In this document: positions 25,701 through 35,200 of the stretch, in pieces | How positions within the stretch are numbered: position 1 is the stretch's first letter | Layout of the letters: each line of letters begins with the position of its first letter | From: a virus | Lineage: Duplodnaviria; Caudoviricetes | Strand: one strand, 5' to 3' | Virus record (IMG/VR): IMGVR_UViG_3300011334_000214 | Coordinates: 1 to 60,151 of that record | DNA length: 60,151 nt | Position numbers and translations under genes: made by a program | The notes under the pieces: model-generated | Databases searched by the model: none | Told to the model about the DNA's origin: nothing | What the model saw: the letters and a program-made list of their open reading frames with translations, nothing else

Positions 25701-27315
25701 CAATCGTGTATATACTACCTCGGCGCAGGAGTATAAGCGTGCGTTCCGTTTCGCTGACATCACGTACAGCGGTATCTATAACAATGAATCGAACATCAAC
25801 AGACTGAATGAGTTTAACTTAGGTCTTCTTAATTTCAAGAACCTTGAGCAATCGTTCGGCCCTATTCGTGTGATTGACTCTCGTCAGACTGACGTATTGG
25901 TATTGCAAGAAGACCGCATCTCATACGTCTTGGCAGGAAAGAATATCTTATCTGATGCTGCTGCAGGAGGCGTTGTAGCCTCTGTGCCTGAGGTATTGGG
26001 AACGCAAGTCGCTCGAAGCGAGAAGTATGGTATCAGCGATGACGCTCTTACCTATGTTCAGTGGGGTAGTAAGAGATTTTTCTCTGACTCAAAGCGTGGT
26101 GCTATCATCATGATGGACGATGCATCTCCTGCTGACATGAGTGGCAAAGAAACTTTGATGCCTGTCTCTGAACTTGGCATGCGCTCTTGGTTCAGGGATT
26201 TATTTAACGAGACTCCGAACACATTTAAACTTGGCGGTTTTGACCCATACTTGAATGAGTACGTGTTCACGGCTACTGAAAGACAGAAGCCATCTCAGAA
26301 TGTTTGCTTTGGCTGTGGTATTACCAAGATGTTCTCTTCTCCAATCACTGACTACTGCGTGCTTGTTGGGCCAACTGTTGGACAGATTACAGTTGCTTAT
26401 GAGCCGATTGGTGAGGTTGATGAGTTCATTGTTAATGTTGTGTACAATGGCATCACATATACAAGCGGGCCAACTACTACGGCAGGTGAGATTGTTTTTG
26501 AAAAGTCATCAATCACTGTTCAGTTCTACGAGATTTCTATTGACCAAGGTAGCGTTCAGTTTACTTCTAGCTGCGTTGATTCTGACGAAGTTAGTATTGT
26601 TCAGGTTGTTGTTTCTGATAAGGCAAATGTCAATCAGTTCCTACACGTTCAATATAACTATGAGAGCGGTTCATTTATCTCTCCATTCCAAACAACGTAT
26701 GTTGAGCTTCAGCCGTTTACGGGTAATGAGAATATTGTTTCTCTTTATGAGGTGAGAGAGCCTGCTCCTGAAGGCAGTGCGGGCGTGCCCAATGATGGTG
26801 CTGATGTAAATATCATCATCAATAAGATGGGGTCTGATAACTTCCCGTTGTCGATTTCTGACAAGCTTAGATATTTGCAAAGCGATACATTGCTATCTGA
26901 TTCTCCTGAGGATATTCAGACATTGCTAGACACATCAACTTCTGTTACGCCAACATTGGTTGGAACTAACAAGAAGATTGGTACGTTTGAGTATGCTAGT
27001 GGGTTTGATTATTTGTATTTGGTTTGGGATTTGCGTGGCTACACATCTCACACACTTTGCTACTCTGACGTAAGCGCAAGTGACGCATGCTGTGAATGTA
27101 CGGTTTGTGGCGATGACCAAACTTGTCCTAAGTTTACAATCCAAGCTCCTGATGAAGAAGCTACATCATTCTACTACACACCTTGTGGTGCAACGATGGT
27201 ATCGTACAATCTATCTGCGGGAGAAGAAGTAACTTTGTGTTCTGAGACATACCCTGCATTTGCAGAAGGGGATACAGGAACTGTAACATTCGTTCAATGT
27301 AATTGCGATTTATAA
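22756..27315 (+). CDS. Tail stabilisation (nozzle/muzzle-like) protein
   Basis: 1519 aa; MNKSLDER...EYVDALN start, LLFFTDNFNPPRFIN, FAYRYRY, NRLMYANY. Confidence 0.75.
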   Translation: MANLSRNFIAGRMNKSLDERVIPNGEYVDALNIRMGSTELSEVGVIENAKGNTQLTQIVYNGFPLSESAITIGTFADAARETIYWFIHDNNWGDDESTLDLIVSLNVLSNDFTFHVVSNSVLAFNAQYPMLSIDMIDDLLFFTDNFNPPRFINVKRNYPQPIAGNDQITEEELMVIKRPPITSPTFNLFQSPSKDNFLEERFICFAYRYRYADGEFSATSQFSEPAFLPKSFDFSLSSYLNEGMINAFNAVNIIYDSGGPLVKGIQLLFKEAGGNIIRVIESLDKAQLGLSDNTTYTYEFSGSKIFTILPDYELLRLYDNVPVKAAAQTIMSNRLMYANYEEGYDLVYFDSANEYKIRLDYVASLSSSPLIGEAVVPTLESSTYTINVTTNIDDSKIVIDLDGIALSDGNVLNIFFSFQHSAFSNDAVFGESNLGGNVSFEFRMNRNYDSVYDLVTSAEFQSAIGIPSNIQDAQDACDGNTTTDSVNCLIGDLVGIGAVTTWYKYASGISTPNEGIGISASVGSTSFSLQITAMQFVDDLDTPTQFEYEYYVITSASCNIGTTSYPKSLHSNRNYEVGIIYMDEFNRSSTALVSSSNTVYVPCTNSDKRNQIVINIPPSQKPPYWAKRYKFAIKADREGYETIYVNYAIQDADGLFYYFLVEGENARKVVEGDRLTVKTDANGIVQKCTYATVLEKKAQLSNFLGEAITSPAGVYIKIDAKDISINSGGVVEFTNGRVNSGGSGVLSNFYPLFYTVNSFNSVSYDDFIIYSGAEIKIKIESKFDSNTRCGNTGNFSSKYLLEKTFTSSRQYANFKDWWDGDFIYNYLLADAVLENTPCCSGFTVNYNPSLGTAVDILPANCGVNFKFYRDGTNNQLILQYSGLSNSNAVADLIRNSMTIEIQNGQNLVVFETEPSDTLPDVFYESDESYPITDGFHVGNVQTQTSSQDAIINTGFFNCYTFGNGVESYKVRDSIITKSFGLGNRVYTTSAQEYKRAFRFADITYSGIYNNESNINRLNEFNLGLLNFKNLEQSFGPIRVIDSRQTDVLVLQEDRISYVLAGKNILSDAAAGGVVASVPEVLGTQVARSEKYGISDDALTYVQWGSKRFFSDSKRGAIIMMDDASPADMSGKETLMPVSELGMRSWFRDLFNETPNTFKLGGFDPYLNEYVFTATERQKPSQNVCFGCGITKMFSSPITDYCVLVGPTVGQITVAYEPIGEVDEFIVNVVYNGITYTSGPTTTAGEIVFEKSSITVQFYEISIDQGSVQFTSSCVDSDEVSIVQVVVSDKANVNQFLHVQYNYESGSFISPFQTTYVELQPFTGNENIVSLYEVREPAPEGSAGVPNDGADVNIIINKMGSDNFPLSISDKLRYLQSDTLLSDSPEDIQTLLDTSTSVTPTLVGTNKKIGTFEYASGFDYLYLVWDLRGYTSHTLCYSDVSASDACCECTVCGDDQTCPKFTIQAPDEEATSFYYTPCGATMVSYNLSAGEEVTLCSETYPAFAEGDTGTVTFVQCNCDL

Positions 27316-27316
27316 T

Positions 27317-28243
27317 ATGGCACTGAGTACAAATTTTTTTTACGACGGGAATAATCTAGCGTCATCGACAAAACTCTTCATGGACAAGAATGGATTAATC
27401 CCTGCGCCTAATGGCTTCTATCAAGAAGGTGGCACTGTTCGTGAGTATGTGGACGGCGCTTTTGTTAGTATTGCTTCATGCGACTGCCCTAATCCTTGTG
27501 ATTTTATATTTACTACTACCAATACTAATAGCAGTGTGTATGACGCATTGTTACCTGTTGGAACGGGCACGGGTGCTGTTGTTTTTAGGCTAAGTGTTTC
27601 GGAAAAGAATGCAGGCATATCTGCTGTTTATGATGGTGTTAATTACAAGAACACATACATACCTAGTAGCATGCTAACAACTCCTAGAGATTTTGTTATA
27701 TTTGGAGATGCAACGGCCTCTCCTTGCCCTAATCAATTCGCTGATTCTACCTTTACTGATATAAAAGGCTATGTAATGAGCGGAGGAGATTTTACGCTTC
27801 AAAATATAATCCCATCCTTGACAGTGTATGCTAATCAAGTGTATAATACGGGATTTCAAATGGGCATGTTGATTATCCCTAAGCCCGATGCATCTCCCTC
27901 TACAGTTAACATAAGAATATACGGCCTGTGTCCGTCTTTTGATTTCTTCTTAGATGCCAATTGTGTTGAACAGCCAACTCCAATTGAGGTGTATAGCAGT
28001 GATTATTCAACAGTAAGCGCTCTTTGCTTGGCATCTCCATCTGCTCCAACAGTTTTTTACTACATTAAAAGAAACCCATCAGCAGTATCATTTGACAATG
28101 GAGATGTATTCTTTGTTGACCAATACTGTCAGACCCCTATGCCTCAGGGGTACTATATCTTTGGAGTTGATGGAGGAAAGAATCAATACATCAATATTGG
28201 TAGTAATGGAGTTATTTCGGGAGGCATTCAAACTTGTAAGTAA
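27317..28243 (+). CDS. Putative tail-associated protein (Cys-containing)
   Basis: PAPNGFY / PMPQGYY repeats; tail module. Confidence 0.6.
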   Translation: MALSTNFFYDGNNLASSTKLFMDKNGLIPAPNGFYQEGGTVREYVDGAFVSIASCDCPNPCDFIFTTTNTNSSVYDALLPVGTGTGAVVFRLSVSEKNAGISAVYDGVNYKNTYIPSSMLTTPRDFVIFGDATASPCPNQFADSTFTDIKGYVMSGGDFTLQNIIPSLTVYANQVYNTGFQMGMLIIPKPDASPSTVNIRIYGLCPSFDFFLDANCVEQPTPIEVYSSDYSTVSALCLASPSAPTVFYYIKRNPSAVSFDNGDVFFVDQYCQTPMPQGYYIFGVDGGKNQYINIGSNGVISGGIQTCK

Positions 28244-29019
28244 TGGAATACACACTGACATTTAGTGAATCATCAAAAGGGTTTCCATCCTTTTACTCAT
28301 TCATCCCCGACACTATGGTTGGGATGAACAACTATTTCTATACGTTCAAGGGCGGCAACATCTATCGCCACAATACCAACGAGCTGCATAATAACTTCTA
28401 CGGGACGCAGTATCCGTCAAGGATTAAGAGCGTGTTCAATGATGTGCCTCTTGAGAATAAGCTATTCAAGACTATCAATCTTGAGGGTGACGCTAGATGG
28501 AGCGCTACGCTCATGACTGACATTCAGACCACAGGATACATTGAGTCTGATTGGTTCGAGAAGAAGGAGGGTACATTCTTTGCGTTTGTTCGTAACTCAG
28601 GAGAGACACCTGCATTGGCTGACGAGTATGTGCTTCGCTCAGTGAATGGTATTGGTAATGCTGTTGAAGTATCATCAGGACAGGAAATTTATTTTTCAGT
28701 GAACCCATTCTTGCCGATTGGAACAATGATAAGCATTGGCGATGCCATCTATGTATTAGAGGATGGGGATACCATGCCTAAGTACGCAGGCATTGTTGAT
28801 TACATTAGCCCTAATTACGATGAGAATTATTTAAATATCAACACAAGTGGTGGCAGTCCTATTCTTACTCAGACTCCATTTGTTATGTATATCAAAAATG
28901 CTGTTGCTGAATCGCATGGCGTTCTTGGACACTACTGCTTGTTTGAGTTGGAGAACAACGACACCAATAAGGTAGAGCTGTTTGCTGCTGAAGCAGAGGT
29001 GATGAAAAGCTTCCCATAA
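28243..29019 (+). CDS. Putative tail structural protein
   Basis: FPSFYSFIP...YTFKGG resembles the C-terminal part of nozzle proteins. Confidence 0.6.
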   Translation: MEYTLTFSESSKGFPSFYSFIPDTMVGMNNYFYTFKGGNIYRHNTNELHNNFYGTQYPSRIKSVFNDVPLENKLFKTINLEGDARWSATLMTDIQTTGYIESDWFEKKEGTFFAFVRNSGETPALADEYVLRSVNGIGNAVEVSSGQEIYFSVNPFLPIGTMISIGDAIYVLEDGDTMPKYAGIVDYISPNYDENYLNINTSGGSPILTQTPFVMYIKNAVAESHGVLGHYCLFELENNDTNKVELFAAEAEVMKSFP

Positions 29020-29040
29020 AATTCATATCTTTGTGGTAGG

Positions 29041-29454
29041 ATGCAATTAAATATCAGGCCACTTAATTACGAAGATTACGATACTACTCTTGTGGGGTGG
29101 TGGAATGATTGGGGTTGGCAGGTCGCTCCAAAGCGTGAGCTGCTGCCTGCTAATGGTATTGGTGGTGTGATGGTATATGATGGCGACGTACCTGTGTGCG
29201 CCGCTTTTTTATACACGACCAACTCAGGCATTGCTTGGATTGATTGGATTGTATCAAGCAAGACATATACCAATAAGAAAGGGCGTAAGGAAGCTCTGAA
29301 TATTTTGGTTGAGTCGTTAACGAATACTGCAAAAAACTTAGGATTTAATATTGTTTACTCATTAAGTAAGAGTATCTTTACACAAAGAGTTTTTGCAGAA
29401 AATGGTTACGTGGTAAGTAACACGTATAATGTTGAAATGATAAAAGTATTTTGA
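29041..29454 (+). CDS. GNAT-fold acetyltransferase-like protein
   Basis: IRPL start, AKNLGF, F.ENGY; lies before the ejection genes; promoter box at 29026. Confidence 0.7.
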   Translation: MQLNIRPLNYEDYDTTLVGWWNDWGWQVAPKRELLPANGIGGVMVYDGDVPVCAAFLYTTNSGIAWIDWIVSSKTYTNKKGRKEALNILVESLTNTAKNLGFNIVYSLSKSIFTQRVFAENGYVVSNTYNVEMIKVF

Positions 29455-29455
29455 T

Positions 29456-30256
29456 ATGGCATTAGGAACAGCATTAACTGTGGCATCAGCCGCATCGTCA
29501 GCCATCGGAGCAGGTGTGTCTTTTGCACAAGCCTCTCGCAATCGTAAGTTACAATTAGAAGCTGAGCAAGCTGCCGAGGAAGCAATGAAGGGCGCTAAGC
29601 GTGAGCTTGAGGTAAACTATTATGACCAACTGTCATTGCCTATGCAGGCGTATGACTTTCAGCGTGACGCTAATCTAGCGGCAGGTGCTCAAGCCATTGA
29701 GGCGGGTAGAGAGTCAGAGCGTGGTGGTGTTGGTACTGCAGGAAAAATTCAGATGGCTCAACAAGATGCTCAGCAGAAGTTGGCAGGAACTATGGCCGAT
29801 GAGTTGATGGGACTTGAGAAGTTGTCAGCAGTTGAGGATTCTCGACTTGCGGGAGAACGTAAGAACTTGCAGTTGGCTGAAGTAGAGGGAGCGCAGAAGG
29901 CTGCGGCTAGTGCTCAGGCTTTAGCTAATGCTTCAATGCAAGGAGGTTTTAGCTCATTGAATCAAGGTATTAAATCAGGTATTGATTATCAAAATTTCCA
30001 AGATGGGTTATTGGCATTGTATGGAAGGGTTAATAAGCCTGCTGTAATGGCTACTCCTTCTCCATTGAATCCGAATTATCAAGCGCCTCCTGTAATGGGC
30101 ACTCCATACAATTATTTCAATTTCCTTAATCCTATTCAAACGTCATCTGCACCTGCATCTGCACCTGCACCGTTTCAGCCTGTGAATGTACCTAACTTGA
30201 TGAATCCTACATACAATCGTAATCAGCAAGGTAACTTTTTAGGATTCCAATTTTAA
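29456..30256 (+). CDS. Internal virion (ejection) protein 1
   Basis: Hydrophobic A/G-rich N-terminus, Q/A-rich helices, Pro-rich tail. Confidence 0.65.
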   Translation: MALGTALTVASAASSAIGAGVSFAQASRNRKLQLEAEQAAEEAMKGAKRELEVNYYDQLSLPMQAYDFQRDANLAAGAQAIEAGRESERGGVGTAGKIQMAQQDAQQKLAGTMADELMGLEKLSAVEDSRLAGERKNLQLAEVEGAQKAAASAQALANASMQGGFSSLNQGIKSGIDYQNFQDGLLALYGRVNKPAVMATPSPLNPNYQAPPVMGTPYNYFNFLNPIQTSSAPASAPAPFQPVNVPNLMNPTYNRNQQGNFLGFQF

Positions 30257-30265
30257 TAAAAAGCA

Positions 30266-32251
30266 ATGGCAGTATTTTATAAATATGTAGAGCGGCAAGT
30301 CAGCGACCAAATCAATTGGGCTGACATTTCAAAGTCAATGTCACAGACGTTTGACGCTGAGAGAGATGCTCGTGAGAAGAAGAAGGCTGAGATTGACCAA
30401 GCGTCTCTTGAGTATATCGAGAAGCTACAAAGCCAACCGCAGACTGAAAGTGCTGACCTCAATACTCGATTGGGTCAGTTCACTTCTGATGCATCAGCAA
30501 TGTCAAAGACTATGCTTGATGATTTAAAATCAGGTCGTCTCAATCTAAGGGACTATAGCATCCGTTCTCAGAACTTGAAGAGCGATACCAATCAGGCATT
30601 AGACTTGATACAAACGTATGGCAAGAGATACTCTGAGGTAATGAAGGGTATTAAAGATGGGGAATACTCTGCAGCACAAGCTGATTTTATGTCTAGGTTT
30701 GAGGGGTTTGCCAATCTCGCAAACAATAGACTTTATGTAGACCCTACATCAGGACGAGTGTATGCTGCTGATGAAGTACTTGACCCTGCAACAGGAATAA
30801 AGAAGATGGGCAACAATATTCAGAACGTCTCTGCATTAAAGCAAATGATGGAGCAGGATATCCCTCGTATGAATTTAGATGCAGACCTTAATACAAGAGT
30901 CGATAAGCTTGGAGGGTTTATTACTTCAACATTAAAAAGCGGAGGTTTGAATCAGATTGGTAATGAATTAAAGTTTGAGGACGCTACTAAGCAGCAGTAC
31001 TACGATAAATATCTGAAAGACCTTACAGAAGAGCTTGCAGGAGGAGCTAGCAATCCAAATGCTGTTAGCTTCTTTGTTGATAATATGAAAGTTAGTCCTC
31101 CTCAATATGATGAAAAGGGTAATATAGTTAAAGAAGGTCAGCCATATAAAGTGGTATTCTCAGAAGAAGATAGGAAAGGCCCTAATGACATATTGATGAA
31201 GCAGGGAGCGGGTGGTGTTTATTTTGCTGAGCCTACAAAAGAGCAAATGAAAGATGCTGAAGAGCATATTAAAATTCAAATGCGTCAGAAGATTAAGCAG
31301 GCTACAACAGCAAATGCATTTGTCATTCCTGAGAAGAGTGAAGATAAAATCGAACGTGAGGCAAAAGATAAAGCTCAAAAGGAGAAAGATGTGAAATCTA
31401 TTAATATGATTTCCAAATTCTATCAAGGAGACCCTACGGGCATGGCAGCTGCTGAGACTTATTTCAAAGGACTTGACCCTAATATTGTTAAGATTGATAA
31501 AACAGATAACGGCCTTAATGTCATGATGAAAGATGGTAGGATAATTCCTATTCCAATGGTTGTTAATGGTCGTAGGTTATCAGGTTCAGACTTTATTAAA
31601 TCAGCTACATTCTTGACAAAGGTTTCAAATGTTGATGAAGCACTTAAGCTTTCAGAATTTGACCCTAAGAAGCCATTTAATTCAGCAACATATTCAGGCG
31701 CTGAAACAAGGACTAAAGCTCCTGATTACAATACAGGACTAACGACGACTACTCCTGATGGCAAAATTACTGTAGTTAACCCTGATAGATTGTATAGTGA
31801 AACTACTAAAGGTAAAAATAAGATTGAAGGGCGTATAGAATTTGCAGCTCAAGTTCTTAAAAACTTAGGTAATACAATTGATGCCACTCAGATACAGACA
31901 AGGAAGGTTGGAGCTATTCCTACTAAGACAGGTGATGTTTCAATAAGTAGCTTAGGAGGTGGTAAATCTGCAGAGGCAACATATATTAAGATTCCTAATT
32001 ATGGAGACATTATTATCCCTTCACATATCCCTGACGACCAAGCTAAGCAGATTATAAAAACAATTTATCAGAACGTATCTGAAGGGAAGAAGTTTGACCC
32101 TGCTGATTTAAGATTGGTATTTCCTGAATATGACAAATACAATAGTTTATTCAAAGGAAGTAATACAGGTAAGTCTGTGCAGAGCGGAGTAGCTACATCA
32201 AGTGGTGGTGGTGGTACAGGTGCTAAATTAAATAATTTACAGCAAAAATAA
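30266..32251 (+). CDS. Internal virion (ejection) protein 2
   Basis: 661-aa helical protein between ejection-type genes. Confidence 0.6.
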   Translation: MAVFYKYVERQVSDQINWADISKSMSQTFDAERDAREKKKAEIDQASLEYIEKLQSQPQTESADLNTRLGQFTSDASAMSKTMLDDLKSGRLNLRDYSIRSQNLKSDTNQALDLIQTYGKRYSEVMKGIKDGEYSAAQADFMSRFEGFANLANNRLYVDPTSGRVYAADEVLDPATGIKKMGNNIQNVSALKQMMEQDIPRMNLDADLNTRVDKLGGFITSTLKSGGLNQIGNELKFEDATKQQYYDKYLKDLTEELAGGASNPNAVSFFVDNMKVSPPQYDEKGNIVKEGQPYKVVFSEEDRKGPNDILMKQGAGGVYFAEPTKEQMKDAEEHIKIQMRQKIKQATTANAFVIPEKSEDKIEREAKDKAQKEKDVKSINMISKFYQGDPTGMAAAETYFKGLDPNIVKIDKTDNGLNVMMKDGRIIPIPMVVNGRRLSGSDFIKSATFLTKVSNVDEALKLSEFDPKKPFNSATYSGAETRTKAPDYNTGLTTTTPDGKITVVNPDRLYSETTKGKNKIEGRIEFAAQVLKNLGNTIDATQIQTRKVGAIPTKTGDVSISSLGGGKSAEATYIKIPNYGDIIIPSHIPDDQAKQIIKTIYQNVSEGKKFDPADLRLVFPEYDKYNSLFKGSNTGKSVQSGVATSSGGGGTGAKLNNLQQK

Positions 32252-32256
32252 TTAAT

Positions 32257-35200
32257 ATGAATGAGGCTTTAGATATTTTATTTCAAGATGCAGTATCAAC
32301 AGGATACAAAGGGACTAAGGATGATTTTAGTAATTTACTAAAGACAAATCCTGAGGCTCGCAAGATTGTATTTGATGATGCTGTATCAACGGGATACAAT
32401 GGTACGTTTGATGATTTCAATTCTTTAATTGGATTGAATGCTCAACCTGTAGCTGTTCAGCCTGATAAAAAAAAAGTCGCTACGGCATTACCCTCGGCAG
32501 CGTCTTCATCGGAGTCTGTTTCGACTAGACCGACAGAGCCGACTATCGCTACGAGAAAGCCTCAGACCACATCGTTTGGTACTTATGGCGTATCGAAGCC
32601 TCAGCCACCTACTGCTCCCTTTAAGAAGCCTGTAGCGCCTGAGCCTGAGTCAATCTTAGGGCCTGTCGAGAAAGACATGTCTGTTAGTAGAGAAGTATCA
32701 ATGCGTCCTACTCAGCCTGCTATGCCAAAGCCTGCAGCGCCTGAGCCTACAAGTGAAGCGAATGATTACTTTACTAAGTCGCTTGATATTATTAAAAGTG
32801 ATTTCGTAGGATTGGCAGAGGGTGAAGTTGTTCCTAAATTGAACTACACGTTCGGGCAATATGGCTTTAAGTTTAATGAGGCAGGCCCAATGGTTGACCA
32901 AGTTGAAGTTGTAGCTCCCGATGGTAAGACTAAAGAGACATTTAGCCTTGATGGGTTTATGTTTACAGATAGTGATAGTACTGAAGCTGCTAGACTTCGT
33001 AAGTTCATTAGCGACAATAGACCGAAGAGTGAATTGTTGGCTGCAAAAGAAGGGCAATATACTAAGCCAATCTTAGAAGATAAGCAGATTCAAGAGACCA
33101 TTATGTCTTTGAATGCTGACACTGACAAGCTGAATAAAGACTTTCAAGAATTTAAAAGGCTAAGTAGTGAACTTGAGGCTAAGGTTAGTAGTGTTGAATC
33201 AATGACTCCTCAGCAGAAAGAGCAATTCATTCAAGCATCTAATATTTTAGAAGCTAAGCGATTGGATATAATACGCAGAGAGCAGCAGATTAAGTCTAGG
33301 GATAAATCGCTTGAGGCTGAGGTGGGCAAGTATGCTTCCATGAAAGGAGAATCAGGTAATGCTTTTACAGCAACTAGAGATGCGCTTTATGGAATTATAG
33401 ATGATTTTTACTATGGTGCTATGCGTGGTATTGGAGGATTACAAACCGCCGTTGGATTAGACAACCCTGCTACTAGAGTTCAGTCGAAAGCTTTAGAGGT
33501 TATCCCCGATTATAAGGATATAGTAAGAAAGAAATTTGCTTCTGAATCATATAAAGAATATCGAGAGAGCTTACCATGGTTAGCAAATGCAGCTCTTGGG
33601 TTAGTAGAGTCAGTTCCTGCAATGATTCCTGTAGTAGGACTTCCTATATCTATTATGCAATACACAGGGCAGAACTATGAGGACTTAGATAAGGCAGATT
33701 TAACCGAAGGAGAAAAGAGTGTATATGCCACTGCATTAGCTATACCATCTGCTATATTAGCTAAAATGGGATTTGAAAATGCAATATCAGAAAAGCTTTT
33801 AGGTGAACTACTTTTAAAAAGAGCTCTTCCTCGTATTGGAATTAATTTCACTCTTCCACAAATAACTAATATTATTGAGAATGATGTTAAGAACTTAATG
33901 GTCAAAGGGTTATTAAGGATTGGTGTTGCGGGAGCTGCTGAATTTGAATCGGGAGCAATCGAAGAAATTATTGATATTGGTGGTAAGAAATTAATTAATG
34001 CATTAGAGGAGAAGAAAATTTTCAAAACGCCTGAAAATTTTTTAGAAGGATTAAAGCAAGTCGCTGAGGCAGGTGCTGCAGAGGCTGTAGGTGGTGCTAT
34101 TATTGGTACTGTTTCAGCAGGAGCAAAGGGATACCAAGAGAATAAGTTTGAGAATCTCCTCGACGACCAAGTGGCGTTGCTTCACCAAATCTCATCTGAC
34201 CCTACGTTCATTGATGCCTATAAGGTAAAGATTAAACAAGCTGTTGCTGATGGGAAGATAACTGCTGAAGAAGGCCAATCACAGGAGCAATCATTTGATA
34301 AGATGGTTGGGCAGTTGCGCTCAATCCCTGATGGCATTTCTCCTGCGGGTCAGAAGGAGGCGCTTCGTCTATTGAAAGAAAGGGACACGCTACAAGCTAA
34401 GATTGATGCATCAGACCCTGACTTAGTTGCAAAAGAAAAAGCTCGTGTTGCCGAGATAAAAGAAAAGTTAAACAAAATATCTGAAGATTATGCCGTTCAA
34501 GAGTCAGGCACAGCGGAAGGCGTGCTACGCAATGAAGAGCCCCAAGTGGGACTGCAAGAAATGGGAGAAGGAAACGCCGAAGGGCAAGCCGCTCCCCAAG
34601 AAACTATTGTCCAAGAAGAAGTAACTGCTGAGCCGTTAGACCAAAAGTCTAACCGATTGCTTGATGCTATTGACACTGCTCGTCAGGCAGGGGCTGATGG
34701 CATTGACGCTCTGAATAGCTCACTTGCAAACCTAAGAGGCATTGCATCTGAGCGAGTGAAACAGATTGGCAATAGGATTGATGACTTACAACAGAAGGTT
34801 CGTGACTTAACCAAGTCATCTACTGTTCCTTCTGCTACGCTATCCGACTTAGCGGGAACGCAAGTAAACTACAATGGCGAGTCAGGTACATTGAATATAT
34901 CTGAAGGTGGTGCTGTTACATTTGAAACTCCCAATCAGGTTATTGAGATTGAGAATGCAACGCCAACATCAATGGCTGCTGATTTTAAAATAGAAGCTCC
35001 CAAGCCTGCTATTGAGATTACTCCTACTACCGACCGATTCATTGACAACGATAACGTAGTCATTAATAATGTTGAGTATGGCATTCAGGCAGATGACAAT
35101 GGCAATGTTGTTGGCTTACAGCTAAAGGACGGAAGCAATCAAGTTCTTACCAACCCACAGCTTTTAGTTAAGGCAGAGACCATCAGAAATACTGAGGGCA

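Noticed and set aside
32467-32475. A9 run as a programmed frameshift site
   Set aside because: The ORF continues in frame (KKK) and I saw no useful alternative frame or stimulatory structure.
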